Below the pieces are notes generated by a model that saw nothing but the letters and a program-made list of their open reading frames with translations, did not search any database and was not told the DNA's origin. From a virus (taxonomy: Duplodnaviria; Caudoviricetes): DNA of 41,760 nucleotides. The translations under genes were made by a program, and so were the position numbers. The stretch covers positions 1-41,760 of IMG/VR virus record IMGVR_UViG_3300008255_000217. The stretch is one strand, 5' to 3'. Shown here one piece after another: positions 28,421 to 36,804 of the stretch. Within the stretch, counting starts at the first letter, position 1. Each line of letters opens with the position of its first letter.

Positions 28421-28790
28421 TTGTCCTCACGCTGTCGCCTTCGGCTGCGCTCCGGACGGGGCGGTGCACTTGCATCGGCGCCCGGTCGGGCTTGCGGCCT
28501 TTGGCCGGTTCACACCCTCGAAGCCAGTTGATAGGCTGTCTCGAGCTTTTCGAGATGGCGGATCAGCAGGCTGGTGGCGGTGAGGATCGATGTGGCGGCG
28601 ATAGAGGCGATCAGGCACCAGCCGGCGACGCTGACCGGGATCTTCTGGTTGGCGCGGGTCAGGTTCTCGCCGTCGAACGGGGGGTGGGTGATGTGTTTCA
28701 TGTTTTGTCCTCACGCTGTCGCCTTCGGCTGCGCTCCGGTCCCTTGTTTGCGCGTCTGTGGCGTCGCGGCGAGGGCTTGCGGCCTTTGGC
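28421..28790. repeat. Two copies of a bipartite leader element (35-bp + 18-bp blocks)
   Basis: TTGTCCTCACGCTGTCGCCTTCGGCTGCGCTCCGG at 28421-28455 and 28705-28739; GGGCTTGCGGCCTTTGGC at 28488-28505 and 28773-28790. Confidence 0.92.
28510..28701 (-). CDS. Small membrane protein between the repeats
   Basis: 63 aa, GAGGA RBS provided by the repeat, one hydrophobic helix. Confidence 0.6.
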   Translation of the reverse strand: MKHITHPPFDGENLTRANQKIPVSVAGWCLIASIAATSILTATSLLIRHLEKLETAYQLASRV

Positions 28791-28800
28791 GGGGTGGCTG

Positions 28801-28995
28801 TCAAAGAGTCCGGGTGATGCGGATTTCCGCACGTTGCATGGGGAGATCGATGCGGGGGATGCCGACGGTCTCGATGTGGACGCGCAGATCCAGCTTGTTG
28901 GCTTCGCCGATCAGTGCGTTGAGTTCGCGAACTCTTGTTTTCAGCTTTTCGGCTATGTCGACATGTGCGTCAGCCGGCTGTGTTTGGCCTGTCAT
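28801..28995 (-). CDS. Hypothetical early protein
   Basis: 64 aa, ATGA-coupled chain of leftward genes. Confidence 0.55.
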   Translation of the reverse strand: MTGQTQPADAHVDIAEKLKTRVRELNALIGEANKLDLRVHIETVGIPRIDLPMQRAEIRITRTL

Positions 28996-29252
28996 TCCGG
29001 TGTTCCTTCCTCGGCTTCATCCAGTCCTCCGGTTTCCAGCACTCTGGCCATTTTTGCGATGGCCGAGGCTATGGAGGTGGCGGTCATGGATGCGGGTTTG
29101 TTGTCTTGTGCGGTAAAGCCTGCGGCATCGCCGGCGGCGAGTTCCTGCTCGGTGGCCAGATCCGCGATGACGCGCGCCACACGGTGCGGAGCTGCGGCCT
29201 TTGCGGCGGCTGCCAACGTCTCAAGCGCTGCCCTTTCGCGGCCGCTTGTCAT
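28992..29252 (-). CDS. Hypothetical early protein
   Basis: 86 aa, ATGA-coupled. Confidence 0.55.
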   Translation of the reverse strand: MTSGRERAALETLAAAAKAAAPHRVARVIADLATEQELAAGDAAGFTAQDNKPASMTATSIASAIAKMARVLETGGLDEAEEGTPE

Positions 29253-29554
29253 GAGGAAAGCCGTAGCGGTATGGTGTGGCTGGCAAATCCGACCGCGCTG
29301 GCCACGGGGGTGCTCGGGAAAATGGTTGCAAGCGTTGCCAGTGCCTCGGCGGTTTCTCCGCAGGCTATCTGATCCGCCAGAAGCCGCAGAATCCTGTCGG
29401 TGTCATCGGGGGGCAGGAATTCACGCGCCGCGGTCATCATGTTCTTTGTGATGCGGCCCGCGCGCATGCGGCACTGCAATTCTTCGATCAACTCGCGGTC
29501 GGACAAGTCGTCAATGACGTCATTGAGATCGATGTCAACTGTAACAGTGGTCAT
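29249..29554 (-). CDS. Hypothetical early protein
   Basis: 101 aa, GGAG RBS, DDLSDRELIEEL motif. Confidence 0.6.
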   Translation of the reverse strand: MTTVTVDIDLNDVIDDLSDRELIEELQCRMRAGRITKNMMTAAREFLPPDDTDRILRLLADQIACGETAEALATLATIFPSTPVASAVGFASHTIPLRLSS

Positions 29555-29578
29555 GTCCTGTCTCCAAAGCAGTCCGGT

Positions 29579-29821
29579 TCAGCCTTGTCGACGGGTGCTC
29601 AGGCGGCGGGCTCGGTCGATGGCTTCTGAAGACAGCCGCTTGATGACAGGTGCAGTCCAGCCGCGCTGAACAAGTGTTTCGGTGCTGACGTTCTGGCCAG
29701 CAAACGCCATTTCGCGCATGTCACTCGCCATGCGGTCAATCAGTGCCATGCGGCAGGAAGGCGACGGAACCTGCGTTGTGGTGGCGCCATGCGCCGGGGA
29801 AGCCTGGTAACGGATCATCAT
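29579..29821 (-). CDS. First gene of leftward (pL) operon, hypothetical
   Basis: MMIRYQASP... after GGAGAG RBS; longer ORF-track start lies in the operators. Confidence 0.6.
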   Translation of the reverse strand: MMIRYQASPAHGATTTQVPSPSCRMALIDRMASDMREMAFAGQNVSTETLVQRGWTAPVIKRLSSEAIDRARRLSTRRQG

Positions 29822-29828
29822 TCTCTCC

Positions 29829-29862
29829 AAAAAAAGCCGGGATGCGTTCAAAGCACCCCGGC
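29829..29862 (-). terminator. Intrinsic terminator in pL leader
   Basis: Minus strand GCCGGGGTGC-TTTGAAC-GCATCCCGGC-TTTTTTT. Confidence 0.72.
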
Positions 29863-29916
29863 CAAATGGGGCGGTCAGGCCCACAGGGGAACAGTCACTG
29901 AGAGGTGACGGAGAGA

Positions 29917-29961
29917 ATGTTATGGGCAAAAGCCCATTCCTGTCAATGGGCAAAAGCCCAC
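29917..29961 (-). promoter_or_regulatory. pL promoter with two operators (OL)
   Basis: ATGGGCAAAAGCCCAT 29922-29937 and ATGGGCAAAAGCCCAC 29946-29961 flanking minus-strand TTGACA (29941-29946), TAACAT 18 nt downstream. Confidence 0.82.
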
Positions 29962-29993
29962 ATAAGAAAATGCAATTTCAGCGGGGTGTTGCG

Positions 29994-30659
29994 CTATTCG
30001 CGTGTAACAGCAAAAACGACGCGGCCAATAATGATGACTGAGTCGCCATCCGAGGCGTCGTCCTCGACAGAGATCGGAACTTGAAACCGAGGATCATCGG
30101 ATTCCGGCATCAGCCACAGCTTACCGTCAGACCCGGCATGAAGAAGTTTGACCGTGTGCTCCACTTCACCAGAAGGGTGACGGCGCTCCACGATGTAACG
30201 TTTGCCGATAATCGGTTCTTCCTGAGCTTCGATCAGGGAAATGAAAACGACGACGGTTCGCTCAAGGTAGCGTCGATTCATTGAAGGGCCGCGCGTTTCC
30301 GCGGCATGCAGTTCCAGAGAACGATACTCAGGCAAATCAGGCACATACACGACGTATCGTTCTTCCTCATCCCATTCCCAAGACTCGGCAAAGTGGCCTG
30401 CCTGGACAAAAGCCTTAACCTCGACCCGCCTCAGGTTGGGCTCTACGGGAGAGCTCGTTTCCTCCCCCAGTAGGTATGCAGCCGAGCGTTGCACAGCTTT
30501 TGCAATTGCAAGGAAATTGTCAATAGACGGGATACGGTCGCGCTCGAGGAGGTCTCGCACGAAAGTTTCTCCTTTTCCGGCTCTGAGCGAGACATCCTTC
30601 ATGGACAATCCACTGTCAGAAATTGCGGCGCGGAGGCGGTTTTTCCAGTCATCCTTCAT
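29994..30659 (-). CDS. cI: CI-like repressor (XRE HTH + S24 autopeptidase)
   Basis: RLRAAISDSGLSMKDVSLRAG HTH; GPSM (Ser) and TVK (Lys); start MKDDW preferred over ORF-track start. Confidence 0.9.
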   Translation of the reverse strand: MKDDWKNRLRAAISDSGLSMKDVSLRAGKGETFVRDLLERDRIPSIDNFLAIAKAVQRSAAYLLGEETSSPVEPNLRRVEVKAFVQAGHFAESWEWDEEERYVVYVPDLPEYRSLELHAAETRGPSMNRRYLERTVVVFISLIEAQEEPIIGKRYIVERRHPSGEVEHTVKLLHAGSDGKLWLMPESDDPRFQVPISVEDDASDGDSVIIIGRVVFAVTRE

Positions 30660-30661
30660 GT

Positions 30662-30738
30662 GTGGGATGTAGCCCATTTTCATCAACTTTCGCACGTGGG
30701 TTATTGCCCATTGACAAATGGGCTTTTGCCCATATCCT
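30662..30738. promoter_or_regulatory. OR region: three operators and pR
   Basis: GTGGGATGTAGCCCAT 30662-30677, GTGGGTTATTGCCCAT 30696-30711, ATGGGCTTTTGCCCAT 30718-30733; TTGACA 30711-30716, TATCCT 30733-30738. Confidence 0.85.
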
Positions 30739-30746
30739 TGCTGACC

Positions 30747-30947
30747 ATGATTACGCTTGAATCGATCATCGCTGCGATTGAACGCCACTGTGCCACGACG
30801 GGCATGGCGGAAACGACGTTTGGCAGAAAGGCCGTCAACGATGGAAAGCTTCTGTCGCGGCTTCGCGACGGAAAGTCGATCAACATCGATACGTACAACC
30901 GCATTTTTGCGGTCATCGAAGCGGAAACGCAGGAGCCAGCGGAATGA
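30747..30947 (+). CDS. cro: Cro-like repressor
   Basis: 66 aa divergent from cI; GMAETTFGRKAVNDGKLLSRLRDGKS. Confidence 0.82.
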   Translation: MITLESIIAAIERHCATTGMAETTFGRKAVNDGKLLSRLRDGKSINIDTYNRIFAVIEAETQEPAE

Positions 30948-30967
30948 GCGGCTCCAACAAAACTCAC

Positions 30968-31043
30968 TGCAGGATGGAGAAGTGGACATCTCGGGTGGCT
31001 CATAACCACCAGATCCCCGGTTCGAATCCGGGTCCTGCAACCA
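30968..31043 (+). tRNA. tRNA-Met(CAT), initiator-like
   Basis: 76 nt cloverleaf: acceptor TGCAGGA/TCCTGCA, D stem GAGA/TCTC, anticodon arm GGTGG-CTCATAA-CCACC, T arm CCCGG-TTCGAAT-CCGGG, encoded CCA. Confidence 0.92.
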
Positions 31044-31046
31044 GAT

Positions 31047-31137
31047 CCATCGGACGGGCATCCTCCTCCCGCCCGTCCGGTGGTGCCGCCGGGGTCGCGT
31101 CCGGCTTCACGGGCGGAAGCATGCCCTTCCGCCCGTG
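31047..31137 (+). ncRNA. Putative three-hairpin sRNA with CCUCCUCCC loop (cuckoo/alpha-r14-like)
   Basis: 13-bp stem 31047-31059/31071-31083 with loop ATCCTCCTCCC; short stem 31088-31105; perfect 12-bp stem 31108-31119/31126-31137. Confidence 0.6.
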
Positions 31138-31193
31138 TTCGAGGATCAAGGCCCGCCGGCGCGTGTGGCCAGTCGCCCGAAAAGGAAAATCCG

Positions 31194-31433
31194 ATGATTG
31201 AGATGGTTCGTGTGCTGGCCGACGCCTGGCTGATCGTGCTGGCGCTTGCCGCCTGCGGTTTCGTTGCCTCCGATTTTGACCGGACGCGGCGGGCAGACTG
31301 GTTTGCCCTGATCCTGATGCTGCCTGCGATCGTGTGGGGGCTGCTGCTTGCCGCGGTGGATCTGTGGGGTGTCGCCGGTCGCTGGCCGGGCACGCTGTGG
31401 GCAATGATTGCGGGGCTTTTGAACATCGGCTGA
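31194..31433 (+). CDS. Small membrane protein
   Basis: AAGGA RBS; 2-3 hydrophobic segments. Confidence 0.6.
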   Translation: MIEMVRVLADAWLIVLALAACGFVASDFDRTRRADWFALILMLPAIVWGLLLAAVDLWGVAGRWPGTLWAMIAGLLNIG

Positions 31434-31569
31434 CTGGCTCCTTACGGGGTTTCGGTCAGCTGCGAGATAACCAGTTCCAGGCGTTTCCCACATTGGGAAA
31501 ATCTTCGGGAATTTCCCGGAGCGGGAACGATGTGCGCCGGGCCCTGGCCGGCAAGAGCAGGAGAAAGAT

Positions 31570-32067
31570 ATGAGCGCGATTTCAACAGCATGGCAACACC
31601 GGATCAAGTCTGCGCAGCGCGATCTGATCGCCCGGTGCGGCGGGATCGAGCGGGCGGGCGAAATCACCTCTTTCGGCAAGAGCAATGTCGGGCGCTGGAA
31701 CAGCCCGACCGATCCGGACCTGATGCCGCTCAACGCGGTGCTGGCGCTGGAAGCCGATGCCGGCGTGGCGCTGGTCACCTCGGTGATGGCCGGGCTGAAC
31801 GGGCGCCGCGTGGTCGAGGCCGACTGCGAGGGGGCCGGGCCATCTGCGGTGTTTGCCAAGCACGCCGAGGCGGTGCGGGCCGCAGGCGATTTGATGAGCG
31901 CAGGCGCGCAGGCCTTTGCCGATGGTGTTCTGACACCGGCGGAGATGGCGCTGATCGACCGCGCCGCAAGCCAGGTTGAGGCGGCTCTGGTCTCCCTGCG
32001 CCTGTCGATCGGGCAGGGCAAGGCGGACGGGGCGCAGGTGGTGCAGTTCGGGGCGGCTGAGAAATGA
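31570..32067 (+). CDS. CII-like phage regulatory protein
   Basis: [18 protein letters not shown]...[21 protein letters not shown]; position after cro. Confidence 0.65.
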   Translation: MSAISTAWQHRIKSAQRDLIARCGGIERAGEITSFGKSNVGRWNSPTDPDLMPLNAVLALEADAGVALVTSVMAGLNGRRVVEADCEGAGPSAVFAKHAEAVRAAGDLMSAGAQAFADGVLTPAEMALIDRAASQVEAALVSLRLSIGQGKADGAQVVQFGAAEK

Positions 32068-32348
32068 GCGGTCCGGGGCACAATTCCTCCGATGGCGGGG
32101 CTGTCGCCCGTGACCAGCTGCGGTCGATCGTTGAGCGGATCGAGCGGCTGGAAGAGGAAAAGAAGGTGATCGGCGACGACATCAAGGCTGTCTACGGCGA
32201 GGCCAAATCCAACGGCTTCGACGTCAAGGTTTTGCGCCGGGTGATCGCCATCCGCAAGCAGGACCAGAACGACCGGCTGGAGCAGGAAGCCATTCTCGAC
32301 ACCTATCTGCATGCGCTGGGGATGGCGCCAGAGCCGGAGGATGGATGA
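32064..32348 (+). CDS. GapR-like (DUF2312/UPF0335) DNA-binding protein
   Basis: [18 protein letters not shown]...[20 protein letters not shown]...YLHALGM. Confidence 0.92.
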   Translation: MSGPGHNSSDGGAVARDQLRSIVERIERLEEEKKVIGDDIKAVYGEAKSNGFDVKVLRRVIAIRKQDQNDRLEQEAILDTYLHALGMAPEPEDG

Positions 32349-33220
32349 TGCGAAAGATCGAGGTATCCAAGTTTCTCAAGACCGACAGTGAGCCTGGTCC
32401 TGCGCCAATGTTGCAATGGCTGGAGATTGACCAACTGGTGGTCGATGACAGTTATCAGCGTGAACTGAAGGTCGGCAACTGGAAGGCTATTCACCGGATT
32501 GCCACCGGGTTCCGGTGGTCCCGGTTTTCGCCTGTGTTTGTTTCCCCCGTCGAAGGTGGGCTTTACGCCATTATCGACGGGCAGCACCGGGTTCATGGGG
32601 CTCGGATGGCGGGCATTGAAAGTGTGCCCTGCCAGGTTGTTCACATGACGCGGGAGGAGCAGGCGGCAGCTTTTGCGGCGGTCAATGGCGATGTGACGAA
32701 GGTCACGGCATGGCAGGTTTTCAAGGCCGCGTTGGCGGCTGGTGAAAGTTGGGCTGTGGAGGCTGCCAGTGCCGCGGCGGAGGCCGGGTGCGAGCTGATG
32801 ACCTCGAACACGAGCAGCTGGACCAAGCAGCCAAAGCAGATTTACGCCGTTACCGGCTTTCGCAAGATGCTTGCCTCCTACAAGCGTCCTCACATCATTG
32901 CTGCGCTGACTGCAATCGCCAGTGCCGAAGGCTATGCAGACAGCCCCGAGCCTTGGGACGGCAGCGTTTTGCTGCCGATGCTTGCCGCCTGTGCGCAACG
33001 CCCGCGCGCTGTGGCACACGGGGATGTCTTTATCGAGTTTCTCGAGTTGTGGCCCATCTGGGATGAGGTTGAGCGTATCCATGTGGCGACGAGAGACCGG
33101 ATCCGGAAGGGGCTGCCCTATGTCGGCAAGAAGGAGCAGCTCGAAAGCGCGCTCATAGATGCGATCGACCGGAAGTTTGTCGATCGGATCAGGCTGCCCG
33201 AACCGGAGGGTGAGGGATGA
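32345..33220 (+). CDS. ParB/Srx-like N-terminal domain protein
   Basis: [18 protein letters not shown]. Confidence 0.78.
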   Translation: MMRKIEVSKFLKTDSEPGPAPMLQWLEIDQLVVDDSYQRELKVGNWKAIHRIATGFRWSRFSPVFVSPVEGGLYAIIDGQHRVHGARMAGIESVPCQVVHMTREEQAAAFAAVNGDVTKVTAWQVFKAALAAGESWAVEAASAAAEAGCELMTSNTSSWTKQPKQIYAVTGFRKMLASYKRPHIIAALTAIASAEGYADSPEPWDGSVLLPMLAACAQRPRAVAHGDVFIEFLELWPIWDEVERIHVATRDRIRKGLPYVGKKEQLESALIDAIDRKFVDRIRLPEPEGEG

Positions 33221-33447
33221 GAACCGGCGTTTCCCTGATGGATCTCCAGTCCGGTCAATGCAAGTGGCCTGTCAATGACGGGGATCCGTTTCTGTTTTGT
33301 GCGGCGCCAGCTTTGCCCGGTTCTTCCTATTGCGGCTGCCATGCGGCGATTTCGGTGGGTGCTGGCACGCCATCGGAGCGCAATGCGGTGCGGACCGCCC
33401 GGTGGGTGGTTGGCAGTGAAACCCCTTTGACCAAACCAGTGGAGTAA
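33217..33447 (+). CDS. GcrA C-terminal-domain-like protein
   Basis: LMDLQSGQCKWPV...FLFC...SYCGCHAAIS. Confidence 0.8.
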   Translation: MRTGVSLMDLQSGQCKWPVNDGDPFLFCAAPALPGSSYCGCHAAISVGAGTPSERNAVRTARWVVGSETPLTKPVE

Positions 33448-33452
33448 AAGTC

Positions 33453-34265
33453 ATGCTTGCCAGTGTTTCGCGTACCTATTCCAACCCGGCCACCGTTGCC
33501 GCGCTCATCCGTGTCAACGGGCTTGATTCGGTCCGGCGCACCGGCCTTGTGCCGCGCGAGTGCATTCGCCAGGTCAGGCGCGGGCTGAAGGCTCATGCGT
33601 TTGACGAATACAGGACAATGCTGGCCGAACGGCGGCGCGGTTCTGCCGATTGGCGGATGCTGAAATTTGCGCGGCGGCATGGCCATGAGTGTCTGGCTGC
33701 GGCCGAGCGGCGGCCGCATGATGCGCGGCTGGTGGCGGGGCTGACCGACAGCTGGATCGAGCACTGCAGCGCCGGTGAAATTGGCCGCAGGCACGGCTGG
33801 GATGTGGGTTTTCGGCTGAGCCGCATGACCCGTGTCTCGGTCTATGCCAAGGCGGCTGACATGGGTATGGATCTCGAACTGATCGAGGCGTTGCAACACA
33901 AGCGCCTGATGCAGCAGGAGGCATCTCCGGTGCTGCGTCGGCTGCAAGTTGGCAAGCGGGTGATGGCGCGGACATGCCGGCTGTTTGGCGTGACGCCGGC
34001 GGAATTGTGCTCCGACATCCGCGAGCGAAAATTCGCCGTGCCCCGGTTTTTCTATTGCTACTGGATGCGGCGCGTCACCGGTTGGCGTGATGCGCAGACC
34101 GGTAAGCGGGTTGGCGTGATGAGCTATCCGGAAATCGGGCGGCGGCTGGGCGGGCGCGATCACACGACTGCGCTCAATGGCGAACGAAAATGGCCGTCAT
34201 CGCGCGAGAGGGCACGCAAGCTGATCGAGGCGCGGCAGCTCTTGGGGGCGCGTGATGGGCGCTGA
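33453..34265 (+). CDS. Protein with DnaA domain-IV-like C-terminal HTH
   Basis: FGVTPAELCSDIRERKFAVPR...SYPEIGRRLGGRDHTTAL. Confidence 0.75.
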   Translation: MLASVSRTYSNPATVAALIRVNGLDSVRRTGLVPRECIRQVRRGLKAHAFDEYRTMLAERRRGSADWRMLKFARRHGHECLAAAERRPHDARLVAGLTDSWIEHCSAGEIGRRHGWDVGFRLSRMTRVSVYAKAADMGMDLELIEALQHKRLMQQEASPVLRRLQVGKRVMARTCRLFGVTPAELCSDIRERKFAVPRFFYCYWMRRVTGWRDAQTGKRVGVMSYPEIGRRLGGRDHTTALNGERKWPSSRERARKLIEARQLLGARDGR

Positions 34266-34803
34266 ATTTCCCAGACGGCGGGTGGCGCTGCGTCAGGCAG
34301 CGGGCGGCACGGCGGTGATGGAGGCCGAATGCGGTTTTGGGCTGGCGATCGTGCCGGTGCCGGAAATTGCCATCCGGCTTGGCTCCACCGCCTCCGCGCC
34401 TGACGGCACGCAGGGGCCGGGCGACCGGCAGGTGCGGGGCACCGGGTTTACGTTTTACCACGCGGCATCGGGCGTGCGGCTTTTGCCGCAGGGCTGGTTT
34501 TTCACCACGCTCGAGGCGGCGCGCGAGGGGTTGGCGGCGATCGGGCAGCGCTGGCCTGATGCCTTTGATGTCCAGGCCTCGAGAAGCATCGAGCGGTTGG
34601 GCGGGCCGGTGATGGAGGTGTTGTGCTGTACAGGCGTGGTGCGCGGCAAGTGGAACGACCTTTCGCGCGCGCTCGACGGCCATGACGAGGATGCCTGGGC
34701 GGCAGGCCGCGAGGCCCGGCTTGCGGCGATGGAACGCATGGGCGGCAAGGCGCTGCCGGTGCCCGATGGCGCTGCGATGCGGCGATCTGCGAGGGCGGCG
34801 TGA
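34252..34803 (+). CDS. Hypothetical protein
   Basis: Overlap-coupled within early right operon. Confidence 0.5.
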   Translation: MMGAEFPRRRVALRQAAGGTAVMEAECGFGLAIVPVPEIAIRLGSTASAPDGTQGPGDRQVRGTGFTFYHAASGVRLLPQGWFFTTLEAAREGLAAIGQRWPDAFDVQASRSIERLGGPVMEVLCCTGVVRGKWNDLSRALDGHDEDAWAAGREARLAAMERMGGKALPVPDGAAMRRSARAA

Positions 34804-35282
34804 TGGAAGGCAGGGCGATGTTTGACAAGATAATTGCGATCTCGGAACGGCGTGGCCCGGACATTGAAATCGGCGGGTCTGAAGACCCCTATCTGCGCCG
34901 CTGGTACATCATCCCGCGCAATCGCTGGTTCAATGTTTACCTGCATGAATTCTGCCGCTCCGATGATGACCGGGCGCTGCATGATCATCCCTGGTGGAAC
35001 ATGTCGCTGCTGCTGCGCGGGCAATATACCGAACACACGATCGCCAAGGGCGGCGTCAACATCCGGACGGTGCGCTGCGCGGGGCAGTTCAAGTTTCGCG
35101 GGGCGAGATCTGCGCATCGGATCGAGCTGACGCATGGGCATTGCTGGACCTTGTTCATCACCGGGCCGCGGCTGCGGGAATGGGGATTTCACTGCCCGCA
35201 AGGATGGCGGCACTGGAAGATTTTCACCAGCGGCGAGCGTGGTGAGCTGGTTGGGCGCGGCTGTGGCGAGGATGACTCCTGA
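34800..35282 (+). CDS. Cupin-like conserved phage protein
   Basis: YLHEFCRSDDDRALHDHPW...GQYTE...HRIEL...WTLFITGP. Confidence 0.65.
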   Translation: MMEGRAMFDKIIAISERRGPDIEIGGSEDPYLRRWYIIPRNRWFNVYLHEFCRSDDDRALHDHPWWNMSLLLRGQYTEHTIAKGGVNIRTVRCAGQFKFRGARSAHRIELTHGHCWTLFITGPRLREWGFHCPQGWRHWKIFTSGERGELVGRGCGEDDS

Positions 35283-36517
35283 TGAATGCCGGGGTCGAAA
35301 GCCAGGCGCTGGCGCTTGCGGAGAGCATCAGGGATCTGCCGCGTGGCGGGGCTTCGGTGCCGGTGGCGATTGCGCCTTGTGAGGATCTGGCCGGGCTGGT
35401 GATGCGGGCGCGGGCGCTCTTGGATGATGGCGACGTGGCGGCAGCAAGGCTGCTGGCCGATGCAGCCTATGGGCAGGCGGCGACGGCGGCGGGTGCTGCG
35501 GGCAAGATAAGGGCGTCCGCCGCGCTGGTGGCCAAAGCACACCGGCTGCAGGGCGATGCGCTGCTGATCGAGGCGCAGGCGCGGATGCGGATTGCCGATG
35601 AATGGGACACTGCCGAGGCCAATGGCCAGATCAGCCGGGGCGGGCGTCCGGCGAAACATCAGGATCAGGAAGGTGAAAAACCCGTATCCAGCAGAAACGG
35701 GTTTACCGCCGCTGACACCGGGTTGAGCCGCAAGCAGATCTCCGAAGCGCGGCAATTGCGCAATGCCGAACGCAAAAGCCCCGGCATTGCCGAGCGGGCG
35801 ATTGCGGCGCGGCTGCAGCAGGGGCTGGCGCCGACCAAGGCCAATTTGCGGGTGGCAGTGGGGACGGCCACGGCGACGAAGGAAGATCGCGGGCTGAATC
35901 TATACCAGACGCCAGCCGAAGCGATGCGGGTGCTGCTGGCGCTGGAAGCCTTCGGGCCGCTGGTGCTGGAGCCTGCCTGCGGGCGTGGCGCGATCAGCGT
36001 GCCGGTCGAGGCGGCGGGGCATGAGGTGCTGCTGTCCGATATCGAGGATTACGGCACGGCTGACCAGCACGGCACCTGTCAGGCTGTGGCAGATTTCCTG
36101 ACGACGAAGCGTCGCAATTTTGTCGAGCCTGATGAGGTTGTCGATATCATTACCAACCCGCCTTACGGCTCGGACATGAATGCTTTCATCGCCCATGCGC
36201 TGAGAGAATTCCGGCCCGGCAAGATGGCGCTTTTGCTCAACCTCAACGCCTATGCCGGCTTTGATGATGCGGACCGCAATTTCTATTTCGATGAATGGCC
36301 GCCTGCGCGGATCTACGTGTTTTCGCGGCGGCTGCCGATGATGCACCGCGATGGCTGGGATGGCCCTGTGGCGTCGAGCCGGATGAACACGGCGTGGTTT
36401 GTCTGGGAACGGGTGTTCGGGGCAAACGATGCCAACCGCTATGGCGACGGGCCGAAGATCTCCCGGGTTGACTGGAAGGACTTTGAAGACCGTTCCCCGC
36501 TGGGGGTGATGGCATGA
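35282..36517 (+). CDS. Amino (N6-A/N4-C) DNA methyltransferase with N-terminal helical domain
   Basis: SAM motif VLEPACGRG, catalytic IITNPPY. Confidence 0.8.
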   Translation: MNAGVESQALALAESIRDLPRGGASVPVAIAPCEDLAGLVMRARALLDDGDVAAARLLADAAYGQAATAAGAAGKIRASAALVAKAHRLQGDALLIEAQARMRIADEWDTAEANGQISRGGRPAKHQDQEGEKPVSSRNGFTAADTGLSRKQISEARQLRNAERKSPGIAERAIAARLQQGLAPTKANLRVAVGTATATKEDRGLNLYQTPAEAMRVLLALEAFGPLVLEPACGRGAISVPVEAAGHEVLLSDIEDYGTADQHGTCQAVADFLTTKRRNFVEPDEVVDIITNPPYGSDMNAFIAHALREFRPGKMALLLNLNAYAGFDDADRNFYFDEWPPARIYVFSRRLPMMHRDGWDGPVASSRMNTAWFVWERVFGANDANRYGDGPKISRVDWKDFEDRSPLGVMA

Positions 36518-36804
36518 GGCCCGAATTTTCACCGGAAATGCTGCGGCTGTTTCTCATGGCGCGGATCTCCGATGCAGTGTTTCGTGCTGGCGGTCCGAAG
36601 CCTGCAGGTGGGGTGCGCTACGATGCCACGCGCAAGGCCAAGGCAGTGATCCGCAAGGCGGCTGGTGTGACCAATTTCGAATTCAATTTTGCCTGGGCGG
36701 GGCGGCTGAATGATGCCGCACCTCGGGCAAGGCTGTGGGGGGCGATGGGCTGTGTGCCTGCCGACCACGGCATCACTTTGACGGATGATGGAGGGCAGCA
36801 ATGA
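36514..36804 (+). CDS. Hypothetical protein
   Basis: ATGA-coupled, 96 aa. Confidence 0.55.
   Translation: MRPEFSPEMLRLFLMARISDAVFRAGGPKPAGGVRYDATRKAKAVIRKAAGVTNFEFNFAWAGRLNDAAPRARLWGAMGCVPADHGITLTDDGGQQ

Noticed and set aside
28421-28790. CRISPR array interpretation of the repeats with 32/33-bp inserts
   Set aside because: Only two units, two different constant blocks, a gene between units, self-complementary inserts, no cas genes
27295-29451. 718-aa plus-strand ORF
   Set aside because: Antisense shadow: codon-aligned with three minus-strand genes in GC-rich DNA, crosses intergenic repeats, no recognisable motifs
30944-31201. 85-aa ORF after cro, and the 355-aa long version of cI
   Set aside because: Both run through the tRNA and hairpins (long cI also through cro and operators); RNA features explain the sequence better
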